Assembly: GCA_951406725.2 (NCBI GenBank)
Contig: OX597815.1
Location: forward strand, 38,936,001-39,000,000
Reading direction: 5' to 3'
DNA: 64,000 bases
Source: Octopus vulgaris
Lineage: Eukaryota
Under the pieces are notes generated by a model that had not been told where the DNA came from, ran no database searches, and saw nothing but the letters and a program-made list of their open reading frames with translations. Shown here piece by piece: positions 39,010 to 52,750 of the stretch (positions are counted from its first letter, which is position 1; the number at the start of each line of letters is the position of its first letter). Both the position numbers and the translations under genes were made by a program.

Positions 39010-40700
39010 AAGTCTAGACATCGGAAGAAATTTGGCTGACCCGTTTTTATCGGGGCATAGATGGCTGCTTGTCTAAAGGTATATCCTTTGTTGTTGGTCA
39101 CGTCCAGTACCACCATCTAATATTCTGGTTCCAATAAGATGGTCAGTATCGTGACCTCTAGAACTTTCTTAAATAGCACAGCGACTCTACTTCCTTCCGG
39201 ATCCCAATTGACTTAGAAATGTCTATTCCTCGTAAGCCAGCAAAGAGCGCAAATGCTCGTGCTTCGGAAATTCTTGCCACGTTTTGGTCACCAAATATAT
39301 TTCTAGTGACTTAAGGTCGTTGAATTGGTGATTCTGCTTTCAAAGCAATCCCAAGCCATGTATATTCGACATTCCTAATCCGAATAAAGCTATGTTAGAA
39401 AACGGGAGGAAATGGAGAAGGACCATCTACTTTATTCGAATGAAAAGATAGCACCGTGATTATAGCTTGTGGATATTTCTACAAATATGTCTTCGTAAAG
39501 TCGTTCCTGCAGGATATTTGTTTATTATGTATTTATTTTCCGTTTTAGGTTTGTATTTTTGTTGTTTTTTGTTGTTTTTTTCTTTATAATGGTGTATGGT
39601 AATCAATAATTTTTTTTTTGTTGTTGATTGTTTCTATAGCTATGTAGTTGGTGATTTATTTTTCGTACTGTGGGTAGTACTCTGGCTGTATGTGTGGGCT
39701 TGAATTAGGCTATGCTTGTGCTTGTAATGCTGCTGATGTCTGAGGTGCTGGTGATAATGATGATGGTGTTGATAGTGCTAATGCATCTCCTCCATTTGTT
39801 CGAACCATCCAGCTTTTCTGTTGGCTTTTCGTTTTTAATTCATTCCCTTGAGCACATTTTGGTATTTCGAATTTTCCTCGTCCCCTTCGCCACATATTTT
39901 TGAGTGACATGAAGTGGAGAGCAGAATGTCTTGGGAGTAATTTAATGTTTTGCTCTGTTATATTTCTTTTCATTATTGCTTTGGGGATTTCTCTTGTTAT
40001 TGTTCTTCCTGTTGTTGGTGATGGGTAACTCTTGCTGACGGTACTTCTTTTCTTGTTTTTGTTACTGACACTTCCACTATTGTTGTTGCTGTTGTTGCTC
40101 TTGTTGCTGCATGTGCTTCTTCTGTTCTTGCAGATGGTGCTACAACCACTACTGCTGTGGGTGCATATAGTTGCCAGTGCTACTCTTGCTGGTGGTGTTG
40201 TGATTGCTACTGCTGTTACCACTGTTGAGGTTGTGGTGTTCACAACTGTGGGCACCTTGTTTCAACTATCACTTTCTGTAGCTGTTGGTGGAGTATAAGT
40301 GATCAATGTGTCCAAAATTGTGGGACATAGGCCTTCTTCTTTCCTCTACCCTCTACACAAGCTCTCTCTTGTGATCTCTACTGCGTCGGAGATAATTGTC
40401 TTGTGTCTCAGGTTTCACCTAAAATAGGATTGTCATTCCCCATTCAGGTACAATTTCTGTTTCGGAATCTTATATTTCTAGCAGAATCCAACACAACGCA
40501 ATTTACCACCTTATCAGAAATTTAGTTCTGGTGGTATATTTGCAATTTTTGCTCTGATCCCTTTCCGTTTCAGATAAATTGATATCAGTGATCTGGGCCA
40601 AGGTCTCCGAATGAAAATTCAGTGTTGAAGTGTCGCTCTGCTTCTTTCATGAATTAATGATTTTATATTTAGTGAGACGAAATCAAAAGATTTTGTAATG
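39010..40700 (-). mobile_element. Decayed L1/Tx1-type LINE 5' part (ORF1 remnant plus APE endonuclease)
   Basis: 39117-39013 translates as MVVLDVTNNKGYTFRQAAIYAPIKTGQPNFFRCLD (APE-like). Upstream are IRAKIANIPPEL and the low-complexity ORF 39710-40255. Confidence 0.7.
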
Positions 40701-41119
40701 CTGGCAAATGAATTTTCTTTTTTTTTCTTTTAAGCCTTGTTCCCGCTGTTTCTTCTTCTTCTTCTTCTTCTTCTTCTTCTTCTTCTTCTTCTTCTTCTTC
40801 TTCTTCTCCTCCTCCTCCTTCTCCTTCTTCTTCTTCTTCTTCCAATCAGAACTCACGCCATTAGCTACAAAGAATAATCTCTAATTTGAGCCTACTCTAA
40901 GCTATTAAGAATGCGTGTAGCAACATGAAGATCCACCCACCACATGCGATAGACTAGCGGTTGCACGGGCGCGAAAGCTACGTTGTTATCCTCATTCCGT
41001 AAGCGGTGGATTTTAATGGGTGGAGAGCTGAACCATACTGGGGTACAGAGGATTCGCAATCTAGACTAGGGTCTGAAAGTTTATCACACCATAGTGGGTT
41101 ACACCATGGTTCCTCTGCT

Positions 41120-41320
41120 TTGTAGCAGAAGTAGGAAGAAAGAGTGAGAGAAAGTTGTGGTGAAAGAGTACAGCGGGGTTCACCACCACCCACCGCCGGA
41201 GCCTCGTGGAGCTTAGGTGTTTTTGCTCAATAAATACTCACAATACTTGGTTTGGGAATCGAAACCGCGTTCTTACGACCGCGAGTCCGCTGCCCTAACC
41301 ACTGGGCCATTGCGCCTCTA
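41120..41320 (-). mobile_element. SINE family C, 5' part
   Basis: Reverse complement matches the tRNA head and body of 63429-63822. Confidence 0.85.
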
Positions 41321-41699
41321 CCGCTGCAATTGGTGTTGCTGTTGCTGCTACTGCTACTGCTGCTGCTGCTGTAATTTTCTAGTACTGGTGAGATGGTAGT
41401 AGCTCCATTCCTACTACTACAGTTTTAAGCTACAATGATTGAAGCGGTAGCAATAAATTCGTTTTCCCGCTGATGATATTGTGGGTGACAGAGGGTGACA
41501 GATGATATTGTGGGTGACCCTAACCCTAACCCTAACCGTCGTCACTGTTGTTGCTGCAGCTTTTGTTGTTGTTATTGTTGTTGTTGCTGCTGCTGACGCT
41601 GCTGCTATAGTTACTGTTTTTGTTGCTACTGATGCTGCTGCTAATAATGTTGTAAGTCATTAGCACACCTGTAGTGTTGTGTGGCTGGATGATGCTGAT

Positions 41700-41990
41700 T
41701 GCAAACGAGAATTTCACCTTGAAAACTATCTCTCAAATTCCTCAGCTTCTGCTCGACAGGCAAAGACGAAAGTACGGAAGCAATTTTGAAAGTTACTTTT
41801 AAAACATTTTTCTTTCAAAATTTTGTTACGTAAGTCGAGTAACAAAAGAGGGCCAATCCGTACTTCACAGCTCTGGCCGACTTATCAAGAAAGACAATAG
41901 AATTAGCAAATATAACCCTCTAAAAAGGAGAGCAAGACACGAATTTGCGAAACTTCAAAAATACGTTCAGCTACAGCAATATGCAATGAT
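41700..41990 (+). pseudogene. Possible LRR-coding relic
   Basis: KKDNRISKYNPLKRRARHEFAKLQKY resembles xNPLxxIxxxxFxxLxxL. Confidence 0.25.
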
Positions 41991-43639
41991 GAAAATAATT
42001 CCTGATTTTGGTAAAAATCTGCAACTTTGAGGGGAAGGGGAGTGGTCATTAGCGTCTAGCTCCGTACTTGACTGTTACTTTATTTTATCGATCTCGGAGG
42101 GATGAAAGAAGGGTTCATCTCGGTGATATCTGATCTCAGAACGTAAAAACCAGGAGAATTACCAGAAAACATTTTTGTCGACACTAAAGATGATAGCTGC
42201 CTTTGTGAACAAGAACAACGACATCGTCACAACCAGTAGCAACGAAAGCCACATCGGAAACAATAACAAAAGAGTAAACTTAGTTAATAGAAAAATAGCC
42301 AAAACCCAAATGATATAAGTATTGGCTGTAGGCCAAATATAACTGTCTATAAAAGTGACAATAACTGAATTTGTGAATGTTGCAAGAATGTAAAGAAAAA
42401 AAACAATTAAGCTATAACGAAAGCATGACACGGTAGGGAAAACATGTTTGTGGGAAATGTGGTCTGCGATTAATTGAAAAGTGGCATAAGAATCTGTTAT
42501 TGAAAATAAATTACTGGGAGGTCCTGATGGATTTCGTGGTGCAAATTAAACTAATCTAATAATAGATAAATGAAGACAAAACAACATGTACCAGCTGACA
42601 TTGCGATTGATTATTTGTGCCATTTTTTTTTTAAATTCTTGTAGAACGGGGAAATGAAAAACACAATAGCACTAGCAGGCATATTTAAACATCATTATCT
42701 TTATTTAGTAGCTTAAACAGAAGTGTGACAAAAAAAAGGGATGCTCTGTCATTTATCTCTCTCAGATCAGTCTGGCACACAACGGTACGTTAAGATGATG
42801 ACAGCGATAAATGATAATGGTAACGACGACGACGAAGACGAGGAGGAGGAGGAGGGTGATGGTGATGACAATTTTAGTGGAAGTGGGTTAGTCAATACCA
42901 TCGGTCTCAGTACTTGACTGGTACTTCATTTTATCGAACGCAGAGGGACGAAAAAATAAAGTTGACTTCGGTGAGATTTGAATTCTGAATGTAAAGAGCC
43001 GGAAAAAATACCGCATGGAATTTTTTCCAAGCCCTAATGATTATGGCTTGCATATTTTAAGGAGACTTCCGAAATTTTGTCTCTACTATAAATTCGCAGG
43101 TTGATTTTTTTTTTTTTGCACGTCATTATATTTATTACATTTATACGCAATTGGATATTTGTATAACATTATATACTTATATATGCATATGTTACTTGAA
43201 TTGTGCTTATATATAATCAGTTTCAATATATTCGTGTAGTTTATCGTAACATGTTTATCTTGTGCTTCGACTTTGTTAGATATATGTTAATTTTTCTAGC
43301 AAATAAAGAAATCCTTATTATTGTTGTTTTGGTGTCAGTGGATTGGCGGAATAGTTAGAGTATAAAAACATTTAGCTATTTGCTCCGACTCTTTCTGTCC
43401 TAACTTAAATCTCGCCAAGGTCAGCCTTTTCTTTTTTTTTTCGGTTGTAGGTGATTAGTATAATACTTTAAATATACTCAGCCCTACCTAGCTGTTGATT
43501 TTCATGCAGCTGGTATCTCGGCTAATTTTTATTTTATTGTTGTGTGTGTGTGTTGTCGTTCACTTTTGGAATTTAGAGCTTATTTTGACTGACCACCTAC
43601 TTGGTGGCAAAGTTGTGGAAGAAAGCATCGTGTTTTGTT

Positions 43640-44830
43640 CCTCGGCCTTTAGATCTTAAGATCTTGCAGATTTTTATAGCCTCCAGGTATCTTAATCATT
43701 TGTAGTGTGTGAAATAAGTATTTACGTTCCCTCCAAGAACCCAAGTTCAACCATACGGGTTGGTATGTATCCTGTAGCCTCAATAATAATAATAGGTATG
43801 AAGCTGAAAGTGTACCGTGAGTACAGGATTTGAAAAATCATTATCAATGGTTTATAAATGTCCTCATTCTCTTGTATTTTTCTGACCACATTGGTGTCCA
43901 GAGAGCAGCTGATTTCCGCAACTAAATATATCTTTACCTTGTGGTGCCACACAACAATATATGACCTGTTGTGTTTTAACTTGTGGTTGTTTTAATTTAT
44001 AAGTTCCTTCAATATTCTTTTGAACTATCACTCTCAATATAGTCAACTCCGTTTGTAGGTGTTTTCATTTTTATTAACTTGTTCCAGATTGTTCTGGTCA
44101 CTGAATCATGCCTCATGGGAAAATGATATCTGGAAAACACTCTCTCACAGTTGGCAACGATGTGGTTGATGTCTTAAGTCTTGGTCGTCTTTTATTCAGT
44201 AGGTACCTACTGGGGATCTCATTCTGAATTGCATGGATATAGCCTTGGAAGTGGGATGCCATTAACTTGTCAGTACTCTATGCCAAGCTTTTGACATGAT
44301 CGATCCCTTCTATAGTTTGTGTTTACGTGCCAAATATTCATGTACTATATTCTCAGTGACCTGGTCCACTTTTTCATTCAGTTGTTCTGATAAATCGATT
44401 TTGCCAATGCTTCTTGGAGAGTGAAATGTATCAGCTCTTATTTCATAACTCTCCTCAAGTTCATTAGTTATCCTAATAATGTTGTTGATTTCATGCCCAC
44501 AAACCTGAGTAAGTAAGATTGTTACTGGTCTCTTTCCTCTGCTGAAGATGTGTCAGTGTTACAATACGTGTGACATCAATACAAATTTGAGACCACGGCC
44601 ACCATCCTTGCATGGGAAGAATAGCCTGTTTGCATTTCCATTGCTTTTGAAGTTTCCTGCAACACTGAGCAGCTTGCGTGTTCGAACATCTATCTCATTG
44701 AGTTCATGTAATGAAAAATTCAGAAGGCCAAACGTAGGTGTGAGGACAGGCATTGCAAAGGCGTTGTGGGCAATGAGAGTTCTGATGACCATATTTTCCC
44801 GTGAGATATTCATGCCAGGTTTTCTCCTTA
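43640..44830 (-). mobile_element. Decayed R4-type element similar to 1522-2826
   Basis: ORFs 44559-44813 (IAHNAFAMPVLTPTFG..IDVRTRKLL..DGGRGL) and 43722-43952 (EISC.LD.NV..FIPIII). Confidence 0.85.
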
Positions 44831-45200
44831 TCTATGGGTTCATCATATGACATTTTGTCCAAGAGAACTATAATTGTCACCTGACTGTCGAGGTTGTATT
44901 GTCAAGCCCTTAAACTCAAATTCTTTTAATATAAACACAACTAAAAATTTTAAAGATAAAATAAACGCTAACCTGAATAAAGATCGAAGACAAATATAAC
45001 AAAATAATTTGATAAAAAATGTGAATTTTTAATTATTTTCTGAGATTTTACAAAAACAACAAAATTATAATCATAATTATAACTCAAAAAGTACTTTGTG
45101 GATAATTGTTCCATGTGGTAAGCAAATAAATTATATTTTTTCTAAATTGTTCAATACAGCAATAGAAAGATATTTTCCTATAAATCATAGATATACATAC

Positions 45201-45231
<31 letters not shown>

Positions 45232-45661
45232 CATACATACATACATACATACATACATACATACATACATACATACATACATACATACATACACATACAT
45301 ACACATACACACATACATACATACACATACATACATACATACATACATACATACACATACATATATACATACATACATACATACACACACACACATGTAT
45401 GTATGTATGTATGTATATACACACATACATACATGCATACGCACATACATACATACCTACATACATACCTACCTACTTACATACAGACATACATACATTC
45501 ATACACACACATACATACATACATACATACATACATACATACATACATACATACATACATACATACATACATACATACCTACATACATACCTACCTACTT
45601 ACATACAGACATACATACATTCATACACACACATACATACATACATACATACATACATACA

Positions 45662-45692
<31 letters not shown>

Positions 45693-46679
45693 CATGAACT
45701 AACTGTTACTTTCTCAGATGCAGCATGGAATTTTGTCAGTGAACAGGTCGCGGTCTCAAAACGAAGAAAATAATTTGACAAATTAAATTTAAATGTTGAA
45801 GTGAATCTAAAGGATTTTGTGTGTTTCTTAAATGGCTTATAAACACCTTCAACGCTGCATAGATATAGAATTTTTAATAAACATAAGATCCGTACGGACA
45901 AAAAGTAGCACAAATAATAGCACAAGTAATATGCACAAATAATAACAACACAATGTAAAAATAATATCGAAATTTCAAAAAAGCTATCAGAGTAGCAAAG
46001 TAAATATTTTGAATAATGTCAAGCGGAATAAAAAAAAAACTCAAATTGAAGAAAACGCCAAGAATTTGAAAATCTCGGAAAGGGAAACAACACAACTTAA
46101 GAAAATTAATAACGTAGAATTGAATAAAAATTCTGTAGAAATAGAATATAACGTTATATGAAAATGTAAATAGTAATAAAGAACTTAGTAGAAATTAATT
46201 TAATTTTACCCTGAATGATCAAATTATTGCTAAATCTGAGAGATATATAAAAAAAAATTATCTCTGCAACTGTTCTAAACGAGACGCCTGTTATACTCTT
46301 TTACTTGTTTCAGTTATTTGACTGCTGGAGCACCGCCCTTAGTCGAGCAAATCGACCCCAGAATTTATTCTTTGTAAGCCTGGTACTTATTCTATCGGTC
46401 TCTTTTGCCGAACCGCTAGATAACGGGGACGTAAACACACCAGCATCGGTTGCCAAGCGATGTTGTGGGGACAAACACAGACACATAAACACATTCATAT
46501 ACATATATAGGACGGGCTTCTTTCAGTTTCCGTCTACCAAATCCACTCACAGGGCTCTGGTCGGCCCAAGATTATAGTAGAAGACACCTGCCCAAGGTGC
46601 CACGCAGTGGGACTGAACCCGGAACCATGAGGTTGGTAAGCAAGCTACTTACTTCACAGCCACTCCTGCGTCTATATTA

Positions 46680-47306
46680 TGTGAATGATAAATATAAGAC
46701 TAAAAATGTAATACATAAATGTAAACTTACATCTGAGGAAAACGAATATTTTTACATCGGTTCGACTGCACTAATTTTCAAAACAAGACTGGTTGATCAC
46801 TTAATTTCATTAGAGATAAAAATATAAAATTCCAGTCTGAGTAGGTTAATCTGGTCTATAAAAGACAGAAACAAAGACTATACTATCAATTGAGAATTAA
46901 TTAGTATTGCAAAACCATACAGACCAGAAACTAATAAATGTGACCTGTATATAGAATAATTTTACCAGATTTTTACGTCTGACGGTAATATAATATATTC
47001 TAGACAAGAACAAGCTTTAAGGTGCTTTCATATGAGAAAATTTACCTTTGCTCAATATAAATTAGTTATAAACATTTTAACAACGAAATGCTTTGAAATA
47101 ACTGCCTCTAAGGAATAAACGGGTGATTATCCATTTAATACTTAATGTAAAATTCCACAACATAGAACGCAAAGAAAATCAATATAACACTTTAAACAGT
47201 TAAATCAAAGGATATTAAAGTGAAGACCCTGATGAAACTGCACCTGTATCTGCAATTGCAACGGTTACTAATCGATTCAGAAGAAACGTGTAGGTCTATT
47301 TGAGGT

Positions 47307-47310
<4 letters not shown>
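46680..47310 (+). mobile_element. Penelope-like GIY-YIG endonuclease remnant with a 3' hammerhead motif
   Basis: KNVIHKCKL..YFYIGST..FKTRLVDH..SLSRLIWSIKD..AKPY..KCDL. At 47224-47297: AGACC-CTGATGA..GAAACGTGTA-GGTCT. Confidence 0.82.
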
Positions 47311-47342
<32 letters not shown>

Positions 47343-48212
47343 GGCTGCCCCCTCGTTATCGAGTATGGCCATTGCACGAAGCTTAACTGTTACTGGTGCT
47401 GTGATCGAATGTGACTTTTTAGCCCAGCCAAAGATCCACAACGTCCTATACAAAATTGGCAACCAAAACCTTCACCGGTACCAGCCGGCTGCAGTTACAA
47501 CTGGGCCCCATGTATGTAGATATATATATAAAGGAATTAAAAGTAGTACTAATGTTACTTCGTATTAATCCTTATGGTAAAAAGGTGTTTTCACACCTTT
47601 TTACCGTAAGAGAGACTCTTCTCCACGGTAACTGCTAAACAGTTGAAATATGTGACAAGAATATTTCAACTAACCTAAATTCTGCTCATACCTAATCACT
47701 GCTTTGCGCCTATGCTCCGTTAATTAATTTGATCGGGCGATTTACTAGTGCAAATCAGTCAACGTGTTGACTGAATTATACATAAAGCTATAGCTTTATT
47801 AAGTTCGTTCAGTGTTGCCTCTCTTAGGTATATCTCATTGACAAGAGTCCAAAAACTCGAAACATCGATGTCTGAGATTCTAGAGAGATGGCGTGACACT
47901 GAACGAACTGGGTGTTTTCACACATTTTTACCATTAGAGAGATTTTTCTCCCCAGCAACTGCAGTGTATTTGCCTTTAGCAGTTGCAATATGCGACAAAC
48001 ATAACCTAAATTCTGCTTATATATAAATATATAAAACAGTAGCTTGCAATTTGTCACCAAAAAGGAGAATTACAACTGTCATGAAATGCGACTAGAGTGT
48101 TAGAAAATACCTACGTTGCTAGAGGTAAGAGTTAAAGCGCTCTAATGCTGTAATTAATCTTCATGACTGAAAATATATACACTAATCGTCCGAAAAATGC
48201 CGATCGAGAATT

Positions 48213-48263
48213 CTTAATACTGACGCGTCAGTTTCAGTAATTTCTGTCGCCTCATCAGTTAAG
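48213..48263 (-). ncRNA. Type I hammerhead ribozyme candidate (best fold in the window)
   Basis: CTTAA-CTGATGA-GGCGA-cagaaa-TTACT-GAA-ACTGACGCGTCAGT-A-TTAAG: 5-bp stem I, intact core, 14-nt palindromic stem III and a GUA triplet. Confidence 0.75.
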
Positions 48264-49637
48264 CCAGCTTGATAAGTGTGATGTGAGAGAAATTGATGCA
48301 TTTTTTCCATTTTGATAATTTAGTATCTAAACTATGTATTGCGTATTTGTTGGTTGTATTTTTTTTTTTTTTTTTTTTGAAATACCGTGAGAAAGTAAGG
48401 TTTCATTCTAACAGAAGAGAGAGTTTGATCAAATCTTCATTCTTGATGCCATTGATTCGTGTGTTACGAAGAAGAACATCTGTTCTCCTTCGTAATATTT
48501 GTTGAGATTTTTGATTTTAAAAAAATTATTCGTTTCATAAACAAAGAAAATATGTCTCCGTTAGAACCAACGACAAAACATCGAGAGAGTTTGCATATTG
48601 TTGCTCTTGGGAAAATGGCGAGCTGGCAGAAACGTTAGCACGCCGGGCGAAATGCTTGGTGGTATTTCGTCTGCCGTTACGTTTTGAGTTTAAAATTCCG
48701 CCGAATTGCCTTTCATCCTTTCATCCTTTCGGGGTCGATAAATTAAGTACCAATTACGCACTGGGGTCGATATAATCGACTTAATCCATTTGTCTGTCCT
48801 TGTTTGTCCTCTCTGTGTTTAGCCCCTTGTGGGTAATAAAGAAATAGGTATTTCGTCTGCCGTTACGTTTTGAGTTTAAATTCCATCGAGGTCGACTTTA
48901 CCTTTCATCCTTTCGGGGTCGATAAATTAAGTACCAGTTACGCACTGGGGTCGATGTAATCGACTTAATACCTATGTCTGTCCTTGTTTGTCCCCTCTAT
49001 GTTTAGCTCCTTGTGGGTAATAAAGAAATAGGTATTTCGTTCGTCTCTACGTTCTGAGTGCAAATACCGCCGAGGTCGACTTTGCTTTTGTTCTTTTCGA
49101 GGTCGCTAAAATGAGTACTAGTGGTCGCTGTAATCGACTTACCCACCTTCCTTAAAATTGCTGGCCTTGTGTCAAAACTGGAAACCAATGTTATTGTTCT
49201 TGGATTTTTGTGATTGTAGTTAACAGTCAACATGTTAGCTGGTCCTCTTGTTGCTGACGCCGTTCGTCCATTGGAGTCAACTTCTGGTCGTGTTACTGTC
49301 TTCTGATGTCTCTCGTCCGCCGTCTGTTCATTACTTTTGTGTTGGTTAACGGCTGTCTGCCGTCTGTTCACTGTTTGTCTACCGCTTCCCTCTAATAAAT
49401 AAGGTGCACTGAATATTTAGTGATGGTTAGGCTCAGAGAAGCGCACCAAAGATGAAATTTATTGTTGGAGCTGATTCCACGTGAAGTCTTGATTGGTCAG
49501 ATTTTTTCGGTGACGTTGATAATATCCTAGCTTCAAATGAAAACAATAGAATCTTCTTAAGTCAACAGTCATTCTTCCATTTTACATAACCATGCAGCGA
49601 TATTGCTATAACTAGAGAAACATCACATCACATACAT

Positions 49638-49670
<33 letters not shown>

Positions 49671-49727
49671 TACATACATACATATACATACATACATACA
49701 CACACACACATACATACATACACACAC

Positions 49728-49758
<31 letters not shown>

Positions 49759-50402
49759 CACACACACACACACACATACATACATACATACATACATACA
49801 TACATACATACATACATACATACATACATACATACACACGCTCATACATATTTACATATACCCATATATGTGCAATAAAACTGTTATATGAAACATAGAA
49901 GAAACATTTTTGTATATTTGTTTTCATATCTTAGAAATATTCACCTCCTCAGTTGAAAAATAAAACATTTTATTCGTGTGAGTGTGTGTGCGTGTGTATG
50001 TGCTTGTGCTTGTGTGTATGCTTGTGTGTATGCTTGTGTGTATGCTTGTGTGTGTGTCTGCATAAGTATATGTATGTTTATATATATATATATATATATA
50101 TACATGCATATCAGATATACAAACACACACACACGCACACACACACACACATACACAAACACAATTTTATCTGCCTCACTGCGATTATTTTAGGCAAATG
50201 TATTTGTGATATAAATGTTTTGTATATTTTCGTCGATAAACTAATCTAATGCCTCCTCACATAACGTAATCCATGTTTACGCTAGGTTATGATATTTCAA
50301 GTCAGGCTAGATCAGTTTATTTACGAAAATAGAGAAAATATGTCTCTTCGATGACGTCTCTCTTAATAGGTTATTTTTTTTTCAATTATTTAAGTTGTTC
50401 TT

Positions 50403-50802
50403 TTTTTTTCCTTTTACACAGATGGAGACATTTATGCTAATACTAAATTAGTATATAGCCTTTTGTGTTACGAACTGATAAAAGAATAAAGTTTCTCGAA
50501 GGAAGAAATGTTACATGAATTGGAAATAAAATATTGCTTTTTCGTTATGTATAATATATCTTTTTACGGATTGATACATATACTTCGGAAGTGATGGTTC
50601 CCAACCCATTGATATTAAAGTAAATTACATTGAGTCCAAAGGCTTCCTGGACTTCGCTGTTGTACTATCCATCGGACCTATTTTAAAACACCACTAGTTA
50701 AGTGATCTGCAGCGTTTCTTCAGCAGCTAATCCTGGTAGAGTCCATTTCTTGTCAGGTCGAATGACCTGACTGATATTTTTCAAAAGAGAAAGGGAGAAG
50801 GA

Positions 50803-50830
<28 letters not shown>
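50403..50830 (+). repeat. Copy 2 of the 4163-4590 block
   Basis: Collinear match at an offset of 46240. Confidence 0.95.
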
Positions 50831-50853
<23 letters not shown>

Positions 50854-52464
50854 CGCGATGAAGAAGAACAGAGAAGAAACACGGGTGGTATATTATTTAT
50901 CGACCCCCGAAAGGATAAAAGGTAAAGTTGGATTGGACAGGATTTGAACTCAGAGGACCAAAACAAATACCGAAAAACATTTTATTCGACGCTAGCGATT
51001 CTGCCACTTTACCTGTGGGTGGGGGGTGTAACAGATTTAGTACTTAGAATAAATTAACGTGCAAAAACAATAATAGACGGAAATATGAAAATTTTATATT
51101 TTTAATATTTTTGAGAATAACTTTTTTTTTTTTTTGTCATATTTTGATAGCGGATTCATGCCAGTGTTTCTAAATTGAAGTTTAATTGAGTTAAAAATAT
51201 AATGATTTGTGCTTTGTGTGATTAGCGCTGGAAATAAAATATGGACACATTTTTTGGCGTATGATTATGAACGCATAATTGAACGTGATGGCCAGTCTCA
51301 GATATCTAAATACACTTTTTAAAATGGTTTATTCCGAATGTGGTAAACTGTGTTTGGTTTATTTCATTTTTCCATTGGTGTTCAGTGCGTAGTGTGATTT
51401 AATTAGCTAATTGGCTAAAAAGAATTTCGCTAGTTGTAATAATGGCAACGTTCTCCTATTGTAATTTTTTATGTAGCCTTATTGACAGCCCCAACATAAT
51501 GGGAAAATGGTATACCAATGATGGCAAGCATTATAAAAGAAAACACTGTTCAGGTTTATATGAAAGAACATTAAATAGATGTATATGGTGTAAATGTATA
51601 CTAATAAATTGGTGTATACTCACTCTAGCTTATCATGAAAAATCTGTAAAACATAGAATATTAATAATTGTGCAAACTCAAATCTAATTTTAAACATATC
51701 TTAAGAACGTTAAACCCAAAGTACGCAAAAGTTTTTTAAAAATTGAAATTTAATATTGTGTACAATCAACGCGTTCTGCAGTTTTCGAGTAATTGATTAC
51801 CAAACGTAGCTAATAACAAAGTAGTGTACTTGAAATGTTTTAGTGACCTCGAACAAAATGTATGAGTCTAATAAAGAAAAATGTTATTTCTCTGGTTTCG
51901 TGTGAAAAGTTAGCGGGTGATTCAGAAATGTCAGAACACTCGTTATTAATTGACGAATCAATTGATATAATTCACCACTAAACTAATGTTCCTGCGTGTG
52001 GAATATTTTTCTTGAAACGTCATAGAGTACAAACAGCCATTTTGGGGTAAATTTCTATTATACTAACAACTGGCGAAAATCTTTCTAATTCAATTGAGAA
52101 TTGTTTAGCAACGAACACATTTGACAAATAATTGCATACGAATTATGACAGATAAAGCAAATAATATTTGTGAGAAATAAGGCGGCAAGCTGGCAGAAAC
52201 GTTAGCACACCGGGCGAAATATGTAACCGTATTTCGACTGTCGTTAGGTTCTGAGTTCAAATTCTATCGAGGTCGACTTTCGGGGTCGATTAAATAAGTA
52301 CTAGTTACGCACTGGGGTCGATATAATTGACTTAATCCGTCTGTCTGTCCTTGTTTGTCTCCTCTGTTTGTAACCCCTTGTGGGCAGTAAAGAAATAGGC
52401 ATTTCGTCTGTCTTTATGTTCTGAGTTCAAATTCCGCCGAGGTCTACTTTTCCTTTCAGGGTCG

Positions 52465-52750
52465 ATGTGCAGGTGGCACATAAAAAGCACCATTTGAGCG
52501 TGGCCGTTGCCAGTACCGCCTGACTGGTCCGCGTGCTGGTGGCACGTAAAAGCACCCACTACACTACACTCTCGGAGTAGTTGGCGTTAGGAAGGGCATC
52601 CAGCTCTAGAAACTCTGTCAGATCAGATTGGAGTCAGGTGCATCCATCTGGTTCGCCAGACCTCAGTGAAATCGTCCAACCTATGCTAGCATGGAAAGCG
52701 GACGTTAAACGATGATGAGGATGATGATGATAGTGGTGATGATGGTGATG
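52465..52750 (+). mobile_element. SINE with an RTE-like 3' part and a (GAT)n tail
   Basis: ggcgttaggaagggcatccagc ... ggacgttaaacgatgatg. Confidence 0.65.

Noticed and set aside
39710-40255. 181-aa Thr/Ser/Asn-rich ORF as a host gene
   Set aside because: Low complexity and positioned as the ORF1 tail of an L1/Tx1 remnant.
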